Source: Thermodesulfobacteriota bacterium (GTDB lineage Bacteria > Desulfobacterota > Desulfarculia > JACQYL01). Taken from it: a DNA stretch of 64,000 nt. Made by a program: the position numbers and the translations under genes. The notes beneath the pieces are model-generated. The model was not told where the DNA came from. It saw only the letters and a list, made by a program, of their open reading frames with translations, and ran no database searches. Every line of letters begins with the position of its first letter. Position 1 is the stretch's first letter. The stretch is from positions 3,648,001-3,712,000 of the forward strand of contig CAXXLZ010000002.1 in assembly GCA_963675595.2 (NCBI GenBank). The letters run 5' to 3'. This document shows, piece by piece, positions 20,701 to 31,252 of this stretch.

Positions 20701-21029
20701 AATCCGGTGAAGTGCAACTGACTTTCACCCAGGCTAAGAAGATTCTGGACCTCTTCAAGAAACTGTCTCTCGGCCGTTCCCGGCCCAATGTTCGAGCCGT
20801 GACCCGGTTCGAAGCGGGTACAAAGGACGGAGCCGATATGAGCAAATACCAGGCGCTTCTGGCCGGGGCGGTGGTCGCCGTCACGGGCAAGGCCGAAGAG
20901 AAGGGCGTGGAGAGCCTTTTCCGGCGCGGAGGCACCGTTTTGACCAAGGATTCATTCAAAGGGATCGATGACTTCGAGGTAATCGCCTACCTCGTCATCT
21001 TGGGCGATGTGTCGGAGAGCAACGAATGA
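17778..21029 (+). CDS. SNF2-like SF2 helicase with a degenerate PLD-like N-terminus
   Basis: IADSVGLGKT, DESHNFRN, LSATPVN, STDCLSEGQNLQ, QRFGRIDR; N-terminal GSSPFTSAGLG. Confidence 0.92.
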   Translation: MSMFLDNKSHGKVGDALAEAIRTGAHLSVLSGLFSIYGYSVLKKQLSRVGALRLLIPSHSTPAGVGAEQPFRLEGLTGSDADRRFRNTLTLARVARECAEWLQEKADIRSISLPVPQNLFHVENPDGSAIAVNGSSPFTSAGLGAVPSDGYEMNTCFTTPEETTSLLKWFDTIWSNPEATKDVKDFLVAQLEGIFADKSPELVYFLTLYNLFREYLGDLEEEKIIKTKTGIKDTLVWGKLYRFQRDGVLGAIDKIERYNGCIIADSVGLGKTFEALAIIKYYELRNDRVLVLCPKKLRENWTLYTVNDRRNLFAADRFNFDVLNHTDLSRLSGMSGEINLETLNWGNYDLVVIDESHNFRNNPPRKDGLTRYSRLMREIIKAGVRTKVLMLSATPVNSRMNDLKNQVAFITEGADDALYESGIVSIEQTLRKAQMRFNHWLRTDADERTTQGLLDALNFDYFKLLDLLTIARSRKHIEKYYDLGEVGAFAERAKPLNIKADIDTKDLFPDLREINRDIRRLNLASYAPLRYVLPGKLNEYSRKYDMVLAGGSVFKQIDREESLIHLMRVNLLKRMESSINSFALTLGRLLANVRQMIGRIDAHEGSEVEELSIEDIEVDEDEFAPYLIGSKIKVLLQDVDRVRWRQELEEDKELLIKLLRQAREIDASRDEKLLRLKEVIAAKCADPMNPGNKKVLVFTAFADTAEYLYKNIASWAKSEVGVHSALVTGGSNGNQTTMPGIRKDIASIITSFSPLSKERAKIDESLEDEISILISTDCLSEGQNLQDCDYVVNYDIHWNPVRIIQRFGRIDRLGSRNAIIQLVNFWPNMELDEYINLEARVSGRMVLLDISATGEENIIEFSDAGRMNDLEYRRRQLEQLQNEVMDLEDLGGGISITDMTLNDFRMDLSEYLKGHSDQLEHMPPGAFAVTHIDDLMDEDESVGPGVIFCLRSDTARIKADGTYALAPYYLVWVSESGEVQLTFTQAKKILDLFKKLSLGRSRPNVRAVTRFEAGTKDGADMSKYQALLAGAVVAVTGKAEEKGVESLFRRGGTVLTKDSFKGIDDFEVIAYLVILGDVSESNE

Positions 21030-21781
21030 CCGAGGCTCTCTATGAAAGCATGGGCATTCCCGACGCTTGTCATTTAGGCAAGCGCGTTTTCAAGAGGCTT
21101 TTCCGCGAAAACGCCAAGCTCGGTGCGACCGATGAAAAGGCGTTCCGTGAGGATATCGACACCATCACCTGGATGCATACGCTGAAGCCTTCAACCATCC
21201 CAATAAAACCTTACGAAGACGAACAACGCGAATATCATGAAGTCGCATTGCTTCACGTGGAGCTCAAAACGCAAAAGCGGACGGCCCGTATTGCGGAGAT
21301 CATGCATCGCGCCATCCCCTACCCGTTGGTGATCGTCTTCGCCTTTGAAAAGATGTGCGCCCTGAGTACGGCGCACAAGCGGTTCAGCTTGGCGGAGAAG
21401 GGAGCCATTATCGCCGAAGAACTGATCCTCACGGATTGGATTGACCTCTCCAATGTTTCATCCGTGCAGAGGGATTTCATGAATAGTCTGGCCGTCGCCG
21501 GCCTGCCGCATACGCACTTTCTCGCGTTCTACTCGGCCATCGTGGACCGGCTCGTTGCGCTCGACTGTGCGCACTTGACCGGCGAGTACCGCTTGGAGTC
21601 CGCAGTGGAAAAGCGCCGTGATCAGCGTCAACGGCTGTCTGTCTGTCATGACTTGGAGAACCGGATTGAAGAACTCAAGACTGCCATCAAAAAGGAAACT
21701 CAGTTCAACCGGCAGGTGGAACTGAACATGAAAATGAAGGCCTTAGAGAATAAGCTCAAAGAGAAAGTTGCTCGGCTTTGA
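21026..21781 (+). CDS. DUF4391-domain protein
   Basis: IAEIMHRAIPYP and KKETQFNRQVELN motifs; ATGA overlap with the helicase gene. Confidence 0.85.
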   Translation: MTEALYESMGIPDACHLGKRVFKRLFRENAKLGATDEKAFREDIDTITWMHTLKPSTIPIKPYEDEQREYHEVALLHVELKTQKRTARIAEIMHRAIPYPLVIVFAFEKMCALSTAHKRFSLAEKGAIIAEELILTDWIDLSNVSSVQRDFMNSLAVAGLPHTHFLAFYSAIVDRLVALDCAHLTGEYRLESAVEKRRDQRQRLSVCHDLENRIEELKTAIKKETQFNRQVELNMKMKALENKLKEKVARL

Positions 21782-21798
21782 ACAGGAGGATAGCGCGC

Positions 21799-23709
21799 AT
21801 GGAAAAGCTGGACCCGAAAACGGACGGCGCCACGCCGGATATCGTCCAACAGAATATCGAGAAGATGAAGGAACTCTTCCCCGATGTTTTCACCGAAGGG
21901 AAGGTCGATTGCGACGCCCTGCGCGAGATTTTGGGCGATTACGCGGAGGATCAACCGGAGCGTTACAGCTTCACCTGGAACGGCAAGGCCCGCGCTCGCC
22001 GAATCGCCCAAACACCGTCCACCGGCACGCTCCGTCCATGCCCCGAGGAATCGGTCAATTGGGACACCACGCAGAATCTGTTCATCGAGGGAGACAATCT
22101 TGAGGTGCTCAAACTCCTGCAGAAGAGCTACCACAAGCGGGTCAGAATGATCTACATCGATCCTCCTTACAACACCGGGAATGAATTTATATATCCGGAC
22201 AAATTTGCAGACAATCTGGAAACCTACCTACGTTATACAGGACAGACTGATTCCGAAGGCCGAAAATTTTCTGCTAATTCAGAGACTGGCGGCAGATACC
22301 ATACCAACTGGCTGAACATGATGTTGCCGCGCCTAAAGCTTGCTCGCAATCTACTCAGTGATGACGGAGCAATTTTCATCTCAATTGATGACCATGAAGT
22401 GGGGAACTTGCGTCATCTATGTGATGAGACCTTCGGGGAGGAGAACTTCATAGCTACCGCAATATGGCAGCGAGTGTATAGCCCGAAAAATAGCGCACGC
22501 TACTTCTCCGAAGATCATGACTATGTCGTAATTTACGCTAAACGATTAGAGATGTGGGAGCCCACGCTGCTTCCTCGGAACGCGGAAGCTGATGCCCGTT
22601 ACCAGAATTACGACGATGACCCCAGAGGGCCATGGAAACCAAGTGACCTCACAGCACGAAATTACTATGGAGATGGACAGTACGAAGTGCAAGGTCCGAC
22701 GGGTAAGACGTTCAAGCCGGGGCGAGGCAGTTACTGGCGTATCTCGCTGGCCAACTTCAAGAAGTTGGAAGAAGATAACAGAATATGGTGGGGTCCCAAA
22801 GGCGGCAGCATGCCGGCTCAGAAGCGTTTCCTAAGCGAAGTCAAGCAGGGAATCGTTCCACAAACACTGTGGAACTACTCACTGGTCGGTCATACGCAGG
22901 ATGCTAAGAAAGAACTCCTTGAGTTTGTGGACTTTTTGCATACTGAGAATGTTCTTAACTCGGTAAAGCCAACGAAGCTCTTAAGGCACATTCTAAAGAT
23001 TGGAACCTCACCGACTGAGTCACATATCGTTTTGGATTTCTTTTCCGGCAGCGCCCCTCTTGGGCATGCGGTTTTTGCACAGAATAGGGTTGACGGAGGG
23101 AATCGGAAATTCATCCTCGTACAGCTCCCCGAGCCTTTACCCAGACATGAGCCACGGATTCACACTATTTCAGATATGGGCAAGTGCCGTCTCCGGCACG
23201 CCGCCGAACATTTTGCCTCTGAGATAGGACAGATCGGGAACGACTATAGAAGGAATCTTCCTGGTACAGAAGAAGACATACCGGCGTTGGATCTCGGTTT
23301 TAAGGTTTTAAAGCTCGATGCCAGCAATATCAGACCCTGGGATGCCGACTTCGACAACTTTGAGAAGTCCCTATTCGACGCGGTGGAAAACATCAAACCC
23401 GACCGCACCGAGTCGGACGTGCTCTACGAATTGCTGCTCAAGTTCGGGCTGGAACTCACCGTGCCCATCGAGGAACGAGAAATCGCCGGGAGGTCGGTAT
23501 TCATTGTCGGAGCGGGTGCGCTTATTGTCTGCTTGGACAATCAGATCAACCTGGAGGTCGTGGAAGGGATCGCGGCTCTGAAGGAAGAACTTCGCCCCGA
23601 GATCATGCGTGTGGTCTTTAAGGACTCCGGTTTTGCCGACGACGTGGTCAAGACCAATGCCGTGCAGATTCTCCGCCAAGCCGGAATTGAAGACGTGAAG
23701 AGCTTGTAG
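21799..23709 (+). CDS. mod: Type III R-M methyltransferase (Mod)
   Basis: FIEGDNLEVLKLL, IYIDPPYNTG, KPTKLL, LDFFSGS; AGGAGG RBS. Confidence 0.93.
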   Translation: MEKLDPKTDGATPDIVQQNIEKMKELFPDVFTEGKVDCDALREILGDYAEDQPERYSFTWNGKARARRIAQTPSTGTLRPCPEESVNWDTTQNLFIEGDNLEVLKLLQKSYHKRVRMIYIDPPYNTGNEFIYPDKFADNLETYLRYTGQTDSEGRKFSANSETGGRYHTNWLNMMLPRLKLARNLLSDDGAIFISIDDHEVGNLRHLCDETFGEENFIATAIWQRVYSPKNSARYFSEDHDYVVIYAKRLEMWEPTLLPRNAEADARYQNYDDDPRGPWKPSDLTARNYYGDGQYEVQGPTGKTFKPGRGSYWRISLANFKKLEEDNRIWWGPKGGSMPAQKRFLSEVKQGIVPQTLWNYSLVGHTQDAKKELLEFVDFLHTENVLNSVKPTKLLRHILKIGTSPTESHIVLDFFSGSAPLGHAVFAQNRVDGGNRKFILVQLPEPLPRHEPRIHTISDMGKCRLRHAAEHFASEIGQIGNDYRRNLPGTEEDIPALDLGFKVLKLDASNIRPWDADFDNFEKSLFDAVENIKPDRTESDVLYELLLKFGLELTVPIEEREIAGRSVFIVGAGALIVCLDNQINLEVVEGIAALKEELRPEIMRVVFKDSGFADDVVKTNAVQILRQAGIEDVKSL

Positions 23710-24066
23710 CCCAATTGGCGGTTTACCGGGTTGCCGAAAAACGGTTTTCAGGGGAGTTCGATCTGCCTGGGCCTGTGCGATATCATGATGGATAATCCCC
23801 ACCCAAGAATCCGAACCGGCCCCGTCTTATCCCCCTGATCGGGCCGGCAAGCGGCCGCCGGTCGGCTGTTCCGGCCTGTCGTGAGCTTCTCAATACGGCT
23901 GAGGGACGAGAGGTATTTTGATGCCTGCAGATTCACAACAAAGTACTTTGTTCATAATGAAGGGCTGATTGGTAGCAATAAAAGGTCTTGTTGCTATCCG
24001 AATAGCATCGACTTGTCGGACAATTCGGTACCTGCCTGGAATTATTCGAATTTTTAGGGGCATTTC

Positions 24067-27000
24067 ATGAAGCTGCAATTCGACCCGAACCTCGACTTCC
24101 AACACGAAGCGATCAATGCCGTGGTGGACGTCTTCAAGGGGCAGGAAACTTGCCGGACCAACTTCACGGTTCTGCCTCTGAAATACGATCCGCAGGCTAT
24201 CCTGACCGGAATGGCGAACGACCTCGGCGTCGGCAACCGTCTACGCCTTCTGGACGATGACATTCACAAGAACGTTCGGGACGTCCAGCTCCGCAACGGG
24301 CTGGCCCCCTCGGAAGGACTCGATTCGAAGGATTTCACCGTTGAGATGGAAACCGGCACCGGTAAGACCTACGTTTATCTGCGGACGATCTTTGAAATGA
24401 ACCGGCTGTACGGTTTTACGAAATTCATCATCGTCGTGCCTTCGGTGGCCGTTAAAGAGGGCGTTTACAAGTCTCTCCAGATGACTGAGGAGCATTTCAA
24501 AGGGCTCTATGAAAACATCCAGTTCGACTATTTCGTCTACGATTCCCAGAAGCTCGGCCAGGTGCGTAACTTCGCCGTCAGCGACTACATCCAGATCATG
24601 GTCATCAATATCGACGCCTTCCGCAAGAGCTTTGCCGACCCGGAGAAGGAAGACAAGGCCAATATCATCCACCGACCGCATGACCGTATGACCGGCAGTC
24701 GCCCCATCGAATTCATTCAGGCCACGGACCCCATTGTGATTATCGACGAGCCCCAGAGCGTGGACACCACCGAAAAGAGCAAGGAGGCCATCGCGTCGCT
24801 GAATCCGCTTTGCACGTTGCGCTATTCGGCCACCCATGTGCGCAAACACCACATGATGTTCAAGCTCGATTCGGTGGAAGCCTACGAGCGGAAGTTGGTC
24901 AAACAGATCGAAGTGGCGGGGATCGAAGTCAAAGACAGCCACAACAAGGCCTACGTCAAACTGATGAAAGTGGACAACCGGAAGAGCCCCATCCGCGCGC
25001 AGATCGAGTTGGACGTCGCCGGGCGGGACGGCAAGGTGATCCGGAAAAGCAAATGGGTCCGAAGCGGTGACGATCTGCTGGACCTTTCCGGCGGCAGGCA
25101 CGTTTACGACGGTTATATCATCGAGGACATCTATTGCGAAAAGGGAAACGAATACATCAGCTTCACCAGCAAGCCGGAAATCGTGAGGCTGGACCAAGCC
25201 GTCGGCCAAGTCAACGACGATGAATACAAACGTCTACAGATACGAAAGACCATCGAAGAGCATCTGGATAAGGAGATGCAACTTCGGCCTCAAGGAATCA
25301 AGGTCCTGAGCCTGTTCTTCATCGACCGGGTGTCAAACTACCGCCGGTATGACGACGACGGTAACCCGCAACCCGGCAAGTACGCCCGGATGTTCGAGGA
25401 GGAATACAACCGTGCCGTACGAAAGCCCAAATACCACACGTTGTTTGAAGGCGCGGACCTGGAAACCACCGCTGAGGGGGTGCATGACGGGTATTTCGCC
25501 GTGGATAAGAAAAGGGATGCGACCGGGAGCGGTATGCTCAAGGATTCTCGTGGGGGTGGAACCACTCAGGCGGACGAGAGCGCCTATCAACTGATCATGA
25601 GGGACAAGGAGAAGCTGCTCAGCTTTGATTCGAACCTGAAGTTTATTTTCTCTCATTCCGCCTTGAAGGAAGGTTGGGACAACCCGAACGTCTTCCAGAT
25701 CTGCACCCTGAATGAAACGGCGTCCGTTCTGAAAAAGCGGCAGGAGATCGGCCGGGGACTTCGGATTGCCGTGAACCAGCACGGTGAACGGGTCCACGGG
25801 TTCGACGTGAACCGCCTGACCGTCATGGCCAACGAATCCTACGAGGACTTCGCCCGCCGGCTCCAGAAAGAGATCGAAGAGGAAGAAGGGATCAGGTTCG
25901 GCGTGGTCGAGCGGCATCTCTTCGCCAATATTCCCGTTACGACGGATGATTACAGGACCGAATATCTCGGAGTGGATACCTCTCGGAAGATATGGGAACA
26001 CCTGAAAGACAAGGGCTACATCGACGCGAACGGCAAGGTCCGGGATGCCCTTCGATCGGACCTGAAAGACGGAAAGGTGGATCTACCGGAAGAGGTGCGG
26101 GACCACACGGCGCAGATCATCGCCGTGCTCCGCAAGGTCGCGGGCAACCTCAACATCAAGAACGCGGACGACCGCAAGCGGGTTCAATTGAACAAGGCCG
26201 TGTTCCTGGGCGAGGAGTTCAAGGAGTTGTGGGAGCGCATCAAGTATCGAACCACCTTTCGGGTGGAATTCGATTCGGAGGCGCTGATCGAGAAATGCGC
26301 CTACGAAATTCAACGGTCCCTGGTGGTCGGCAAAGCGCGTTTCACTACCTACACGGCCATCATCGACATTGATCGCGGTGGGGTCCAGACCAGACCGATT
26401 CACGAAACCAAGGCCGTTTACGAGGGGCTTGATTACCAGCTACCGGACGTAATCGGTTACCTCCAGAACGAGACCAATTTGACGCGTCGCACCCTGGTGG
26501 AAATCATGGTCGGGAGCAAACGTCTCCAGGACTTCAAGAACAACCCGCAGAAATACATCGAGCAAGTTTCGGGGATCATCAAGCACCAGATGCGTCTCTT
26601 TATTGTTGACGGCATCAAGTATCGGAAGCTCGGCGACCGGCACTATTACGCCCAGGAGCTTTTCGAGGAAAACGAGTTGTACGGTTACCTGAACAAAAAC
26701 ATGCTCGAAAGCAAAAAGTCGGTGTTTGATCATGTGGTCTATGATTCGGACGTGGAGAAGGGATTCGCCCGCTCGTTCGAGCTGAACGACGAGGTGAAGG
26801 TCTACGCCAAGCTGCCGGGATGGTTCAAGATCGACACGCCCCTGGGCAGCTACAATCCGGACTGGGCCGTGCTGGTGGAAATGGACGGCCGGGAGCGGCT
26901 GTATTTCGTGGTGGAGTCCAAGGGCACCCTGTTTACCGATGTGCTCCGACCGACGGAACAGGCAAAGATCGACTGCGGCCGAGAGCATTTCAAAGCCCTC

Positions 27001-27069
27001 GGAACGGACGTGGGGTTCACCGTGGCCAACAGCTATGAAAACTTTTCGGAAAAGGTCTTGGCGGAATGA
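24067..27069 (+). CDS. res: Type III R-M restriction subunit (Res)
   Basis: METGTGKT, IIDEPQ, SALKEGWDNPNVFQIC, QEIGRGLR, YNPDWA..VVESK nuclease motif. Confidence 0.95.
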   Translation: MKLQFDPNLDFQHEAINAVVDVFKGQETCRTNFTVLPLKYDPQAILTGMANDLGVGNRLRLLDDDIHKNVRDVQLRNGLAPSEGLDSKDFTVEMETGTGKTYVYLRTIFEMNRLYGFTKFIIVVPSVAVKEGVYKSLQMTEEHFKGLYENIQFDYFVYDSQKLGQVRNFAVSDYIQIMVINIDAFRKSFADPEKEDKANIIHRPHDRMTGSRPIEFIQATDPIVIIDEPQSVDTTEKSKEAIASLNPLCTLRYSATHVRKHHMMFKLDSVEAYERKLVKQIEVAGIEVKDSHNKAYVKLMKVDNRKSPIRAQIELDVAGRDGKVIRKSKWVRSGDDLLDLSGGRHVYDGYIIEDIYCEKGNEYISFTSKPEIVRLDQAVGQVNDDEYKRLQIRKTIEEHLDKEMQLRPQGIKVLSLFFIDRVSNYRRYDDDGNPQPGKYARMFEEEYNRAVRKPKYHTLFEGADLETTAEGVHDGYFAVDKKRDATGSGMLKDSRGGGTTQADESAYQLIMRDKEKLLSFDSNLKFIFSHSALKEGWDNPNVFQICTLNETASVLKKRQEIGRGLRIAVNQHGERVHGFDVNRLTVMANESYEDFARRLQKEIEEEEGIRFGVVERHLFANIPVTTDDYRTEYLGVDTSRKIWEHLKDKGYIDANGKVRDALRSDLKDGKVDLPEEVRDHTAQIIAVLRKVAGNLNIKNADDRKRVQLNKAVFLGEEFKELWERIKYRTTFRVEFDSEALIEKCAYEIQRSLVVGKARFTTYTAIIDIDRGGVQTRPIHETKAVYEGLDYQLPDVIGYLQNETNLTRRTLVEIMVGSKRLQDFKNNPQKYIEQVSGIIKHQMRLFIVDGIKYRKLGDRHYYAQELFEENELYGYLNKNMLESKKSVFDHVVYDSDVEKGFARSFELNDEVKVYAKLPGWFKIDTPLGSYNPDWAVLVEMDGRERLYFVVESKGTLFTDVLRPTEQAKIDCGREHFKALGTDVGFTVANSYENFSEKVLAE

Positions 27070-27186
27070 TCCTACGAGGGAAGGCTTCCATGAAAATGCG
27101 GGTTCGCAACGGCAACCGGCCCTCCCCGCCTTCACGGAGTCGCCCGTTCCTTTCAAAAGCGAACCCATCCGCGTCCCACTCCAAAC

Positions 27187-27221
27187 AAAAAGGCGTAACC
27201 CTTTTGAGTTACGCCTTTTTT
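27187..27221. terminator. Bidirectional terminator between res and the tRNA
   Basis: AAAAAGGCGTAAC-CCTTTTGA-GTTACGCCTTTTTT. Confidence 0.8.
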
Positions 27222-27228
27222 CTCTCTT

Positions 27229-27304
27229 TGGTGGAGATGATGGGATTCGAACCCACGACCTGTACGTTGCGAACGTACCGCTCTCCCAGCTGAGCTACAT
27301 CCCC
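27229..27304 (-). tRNA. tRNA-Ala (anticodon CGC)
   Basis: GGGGATGTAGCTCAGCTGGGAGAGCGGTACGTTCGCAACGTACAGGTCGTGGGTTCGAATCCCATCATCTCCACCA; G3:U70 pair; CCA encoded. Confidence 0.96.
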
Positions 27305-27320
27305 GTCGATGGAAAAACGT

Positions 27321-27349
27321 ACTATAGCCGGAATCCGGATTCATTGCAA
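27321..27349 (-). promoter_or_regulatory. Sigma70 promoter of tRNA-Ala
   Basis: TTGCAA-N17-TATAGT on the minus strand. Confidence 0.7.
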
Positions 27350-27797
27350 CGGAATTTTGACACGGCATGTTGAAACGAATCCCGCCGGCCGGTGGGCGCC
27401 TAATGCGAGGGGCGTTGCCGGACGGCGTTCCCGCGCGGTTGGGCAAGCGGGTTTTGGGGGGCTCCGCTCCGCATGCGATCAAAGCCCCCGTGTTGCAGGC
27501 GTTCACGGGGTAGGCAATCGGCTCGTATTAACAGGGTCACCGGGGGAACGCTCTTACCGCCGGACCCCTTGTATCGGCTCCACCCCGCCTGTGCGTGACA
27601 AAGCCGAACCGGGGAGCTTCTTTGCCGATTCAGGAGATGTCAGGAACGCCGGCAATCAGCGAGGAAACCTATTTCTCCCTCAGCCTCTCCGCCGAAGGCG
27701 GTGAGGCCTGCTTGAAATGTTTCAAGGGGGGCGCACGGGGGGAACTTTTTTAAAAGTTCCCCCCGTGAATGATCACCCCGCGTTTTCATGGTTTTTA

Positions 27798-30296
27798 TCA
27801 TTCTCCGTCGTGGGGCGGGCCGTCCTCGGACCGGACGCGAGCCCAGATGCGCCGCAGCCGCAGGGAGTTGCTCACCACGCAAACGGAACTCATGGCCATG
27901 GCGCCGGCCGCGAACACCGGGTTGAGCAGGATGCCGAAGGCCGGGTACAGCACGCCGGCGGCCACGGGGATCCCCAGGCTGTTGTAAAAGAAAGCCCAGA
28001 ACAGGTTCTGTCGGATCACCCGGAGGGTCATTTCGGACAGGCGGATGGCCTTGGGCACCAGGTTCAGGTCGTTGCGCACCAGGGTGATGTCGCTCGCCTC
28101 GATGGCCACGTCCGTGCCGGCTCCGATGGCGATGCCGATGTCCGCCTGAGTCAGTGCCGGAGCGTCGTTGATGCCGTCTCCCACCATGGCCGTGATTTCG
28201 CCTTTTTCCTGCAGGGACCGGACGGCTCCGGCCTTGTCACCGGGGAGCACTTCCGCCATGACTTCGTCGATTCCCAGGAGGTTGCCCACGGCGCGGGCCG
28301 TCTTTTCGTTGTCCCCGGTGATCATGGCGACCTTGAGCCCCATCTGCTTGAGCCGTTCCACCGTGCCGGCGGCGGATTCCTTGGGCGTATCGGACAGGCC
28401 TAAGACGCCCGCGGGCTTTCCGTCCAGGGCCAGGAAGACTGTGGTCTTGCCCTGGTCCGCGAGTCGCCTGCCTGCGTTTTCAGCTTCCGGACCGACCGTG
28501 CCTTCCTGTTTCATCAGTTTCAGGTTTCCGAGGAGCACGGAGCGCTCCTCGGTTGTGGCGCGCGCTCCCATGCCGGACAGGGCTTCGAAGTCCCGAATGG
28601 AGGAGAGACGAAGGTTCCGTTCTTTGGACGCCTCCACAATGGCCTGTCCCAGGGGATGCTCCGAAACGGCCTCCACGGAAGCGGCGATGCGCAGGAGTTC
28701 ATCCACGCCGAGACTTTCATCCAAGGGCAGGATGTCCGTGACGCGAGGTTCCCCTCGGGTCAGCGTCCCGGTTTTATCGAAAACGATGGTGGTGAGCTTG
28801 TAGGCCTTTTCGAGGCTTTCCCCGCCTTTGATCAGAATGCCGTCGTCCGCGCCCAGCCCCGTGCCCACCATGACGGCCGTGGGAGTGGCCAGGCCCATGG
28901 CGCACGGGCAGGCAATGATCAGCACGGACACGAAATTCAACAAGGCCCGGCTGAACTGGGGATCCCTGGGCAGGAGCATCCAGAGGGCGAAGGTAACCAA
29001 AGCGACGGCGAACACGCAAGGCACGAAAATCGAAGCCACCTTGTCCGCCAGTCGCTGAATGGGAGCCTTGGACCCCTGGGCGTCCTCCACCAGGCGAATG
29101 ATCTGGGCCAAAGCGGTTTCCGAGCCCACGCGCACGGCCTCGAAGACAAAGGCGCCGCTCTTGTTCAACGTGGCGGCGAACACCGTGTCTCCCTCTTCTT
29201 TGGACACGGGCAGGCTTTCACCGGTGAGCATGGACTCATCCACGGAAGAGGCGCCGGACACCACCTTGCCGTCCGTGGGTATCTTTTCTCCCGGCCGGAC
29301 CGACACCCGATCCCCCACGACCACGGATTCAATGGCGACCTCCATTTCCTCCCCGTTGCGGATGATTCTGGCGGTCTTGGGTTTGAGGCCCATGAGACGC
29401 TTGATGGCCTGAGACGTCCTGCCTCGCGCTCGTGCTTCCAGGAATCGTCCCAGGAGAATGAGCGTGACGATCATGGCCGCGCCGTCGAAATACACATGAG
29501 GCGCCACTCCGGCTTTCGTGAAGAATCCGGGGAAGAAGGTGGCCGCGGTGGAATACAAATACGCGGACAAGGCCCCCACGGCCACCAGGGTGTTCATGTC
29601 CGTGGTTTTCTGTTTGGCCGCCTTCCACGCTCCCTGGAAGAAGCGGGTTCCCACCCAGAACACCGCCGGGGTCGCCAGGAGGAATACCAGGACGAGCATG
29701 GTGTTTCGAGGGATGGTGGAGAGAAACGGGAACCAATGCTGCATGGTGCCGACAAAGGTCAACAGGCTCAGCACGATCCCCACGGAGAGTTTCCGCTTCA
29801 GATCGGTCAAATCCTTGACTCGGGCCGCCTCCAGAGGATCGGCCACCGCGGCGTCCACGACCCCCAGATATTCGTAACCGGCATCGGTCACCGCTTTTTC
29901 GACGTCCGAAAGACCCGTCCAACCGGGGTCGTGGCGCACCGTGGCGCGACCCGTGGCCAGGTTGACGGAAGCGTCCCGCACGCCGGGAATCTCATTCAGG
30001 ACGTTTTCCACACGGCGAACGCATGCGGCGCAACTCATCCCTCCGACGGAAACGGTGCTCTGCAGCGCCCCGGCCGGATCGGCCGCTCCCACGACTTCAT
30101 ACCCCAGTTCGGAAACCTTCGATTTGAGGGCGTCGGATTTCACCACGTCGGAATCGAATTCCACGGAAGCCTTTTCCGTAGCGAAGTTCACGGCTGCGGA
30201 TCGGACTCCCTCCATCTCCTGCAGGCCTCGCTCCACGCGTCGCACGCACGCGGCGCAGGACATGCCCTTGATGTTCAGCGTTATTTTGTCAGGCAC
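27798..30296 (-). CDS. copA: Cu(I)-translocating P1B-type ATPase
   Basis: Two GMSCAAC HMA domains, [24 protein letters not shown] and MAMSS. Confidence 0.95.
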   Translation of the reverse strand: MPDKITLNIKGMSCAACVRRVERGLQEMEGVRSAAVNFATEKASVEFDSDVVKSDALKSKVSELGYEVVGAADPAGALQSTVSVGGMSCAACVRRVENVLNEIPGVRDASVNLATGRATVRHDPGWTGLSDVEKAVTDAGYEYLGVVDAAVADPLEAARVKDLTDLKRKLSVGIVLSLLTFVGTMQHWFPFLSTIPRNTMLVLVFLLATPAVFWVGTRFFQGAWKAAKQKTTDMNTLVAVGALSAYLYSTAATFFPGFFTKAGVAPHVYFDGAAMIVTLILLGRFLEARARGRTSQAIKRLMGLKPKTARIIRNGEEMEVAIESVVVGDRVSVRPGEKIPTDGKVVSGASSVDESMLTGESLPVSKEEGDTVFAATLNKSGAFVFEAVRVGSETALAQIIRLVEDAQGSKAPIQRLADKVASIFVPCVFAVALVTFALWMLLPRDPQFSRALLNFVSVLIIACPCAMGLATPTAVMVGTGLGADDGILIKGGESLEKAYKLTTIVFDKTGTLTRGEPRVTDILPLDESLGVDELLRIAASVEAVSEHPLGQAIVEASKERNLRLSSIRDFEALSGMGARATTEERSVLLGNLKLMKQEGTVGPEAENAGRRLADQGKTTVFLALDGKPAGVLGLSDTPKESAAGTVERLKQMGLKVAMITGDNEKTARAVGNLLGIDEVMAEVLPGDKAGAVRSLQEKGEITAMVGDGINDAPALTQADIGIAIGAGTDVAIEASDITLVRNDLNLVPKAIRLSEMTLRVIRQNLFWAFFYNSLGIPVAAGVLYPAFGILLNPVFAAGAMAMSSVCVVSNSLRLRRIWARVRSEDGPPHDGE

Positions 30297-30390
30297 CGGT
30301 CCTCCCGTATTGGTTGAAGGATTTGAGGAACCCCGGGTTCCGTTTCAGGCGGCGCACGAGGGACGCCACGGAACGCGCCGCTTCATGGAG

Positions 30391-31230
30391 TCAGCCTTGT
30401 CTTTTTCGCGTCGCTTTTTCCATCAGTATGGCGAAGGCTTCCAGGTGTTTCTTTTCCTCACCGGCCAAGGTGAGCAACACGGCCTTTACGGTCTCGTCAT
30501 TGGTTTCTTCCGAGAACCGCATGTACAGGTCCATGGCCTGGGCTTCGAACATCATGCCGGAACCGATGACGTCGAGGGGTGTTCGAATGCTTTCCCGGGC
30601 CTGATCCATCATTTCCTGCAGGCTCAGGCCGCCCTCCATGACCTGCGGATCGTTGGCGGACCCGATGTCTTGGGGGTCGAATCCCATGTCTTCGTAGAGT
30701 TGCAGCACGAGGGCGATATGACGGTCTTCCACCCCGGCCAGCTTGAGCAATGCATTCTTGAGCTCCGGAGATTCGGCCTTGTCGGCCAGACCGCTGTAGA
30801 AGGCGGCCAAACCACGCTCCATGTGGTAGGCGGATTGGACGACGTCTTTAACGGTGAAGGCCCCTCGAAGGAGGTACAGGGCGAGTTCTCTGGGCCCCTT
30901 GGCCACGCCTCCTTGCCAGGCCCGGATGCCTCCCTCGATGTTGTAGACTTCACGGAAGCCTCTGCCGATGAGCAGCTTCGCCGCCGCGAGGCTTCTCTTT
31001 CCCACGGCGCAATACACCAGGGTCGTCTTGTCCGGATCCAGGAGTTCCAGGGAATCTGCGAGCTCGGGCAGAGGGATCAGTTTGGCGCCCGGAATCCGGT
31101 ATTCGGCATATTCAGCGGGTTGCCGAACATCCAACAGCGTGTAGGCGCCCTCGTCGTGTTCCCGGATGAACTTGCGAGCCTCTTCCGGTTCCATGCTTCG
31201 CGTCTCAACGAAAAAATCCTTCAATCCCAT
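30391..31230 (-). CDS. Rhodanese plus ferritin/rubrerythrin-like domain protein
   Basis: LLDVRQPAEY, VYCAVGKRS, then ExxH helical motifs (EDRH, EKKH). Confidence 0.85.
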   Translation of the reverse strand: MGLKDFFVETRSMEPEEARKFIREHDEGAYTLLDVRQPAEYAEYRIPGAKLIPLPELADSLELLDPDKTTLVYCAVGKRSLAAAKLLIGRGFREVYNIEGGIRAWQGGVAKGPRELALYLLRGAFTVKDVVQSAYHMERGLAAFYSGLADKAESPELKNALLKLAGVEDRHIALVLQLYEDMGFDPQDIGSANDPQVMEGGLSLQEMMDQARESIRTPLDVIGSGMMFEAQAMDLYMRFSEETNDETVKAVLLTLAGEEKKHLEAFAILMEKATRKRQG

Positions 31231-31252
31231 ATCCGACCAACCTTTTTAGCGT

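Noticed and set aside
21799-23709. Phase-variable mod (phasevarion)
   Set aside because: No simple-sequence repeat tract seen in or upstream of mod.
17400-27304. Integrative element with att duplication of the tRNA-Ala 3' end
   Set aside because: I found no second copy of the tRNA 3' end and no integrase in the window; island status is unproven.
30391-31230. Selenocysteine in the rhodanese active site
   Set aside because: The codon is Cys (YCAVG) and the ORF is uninterrupted.
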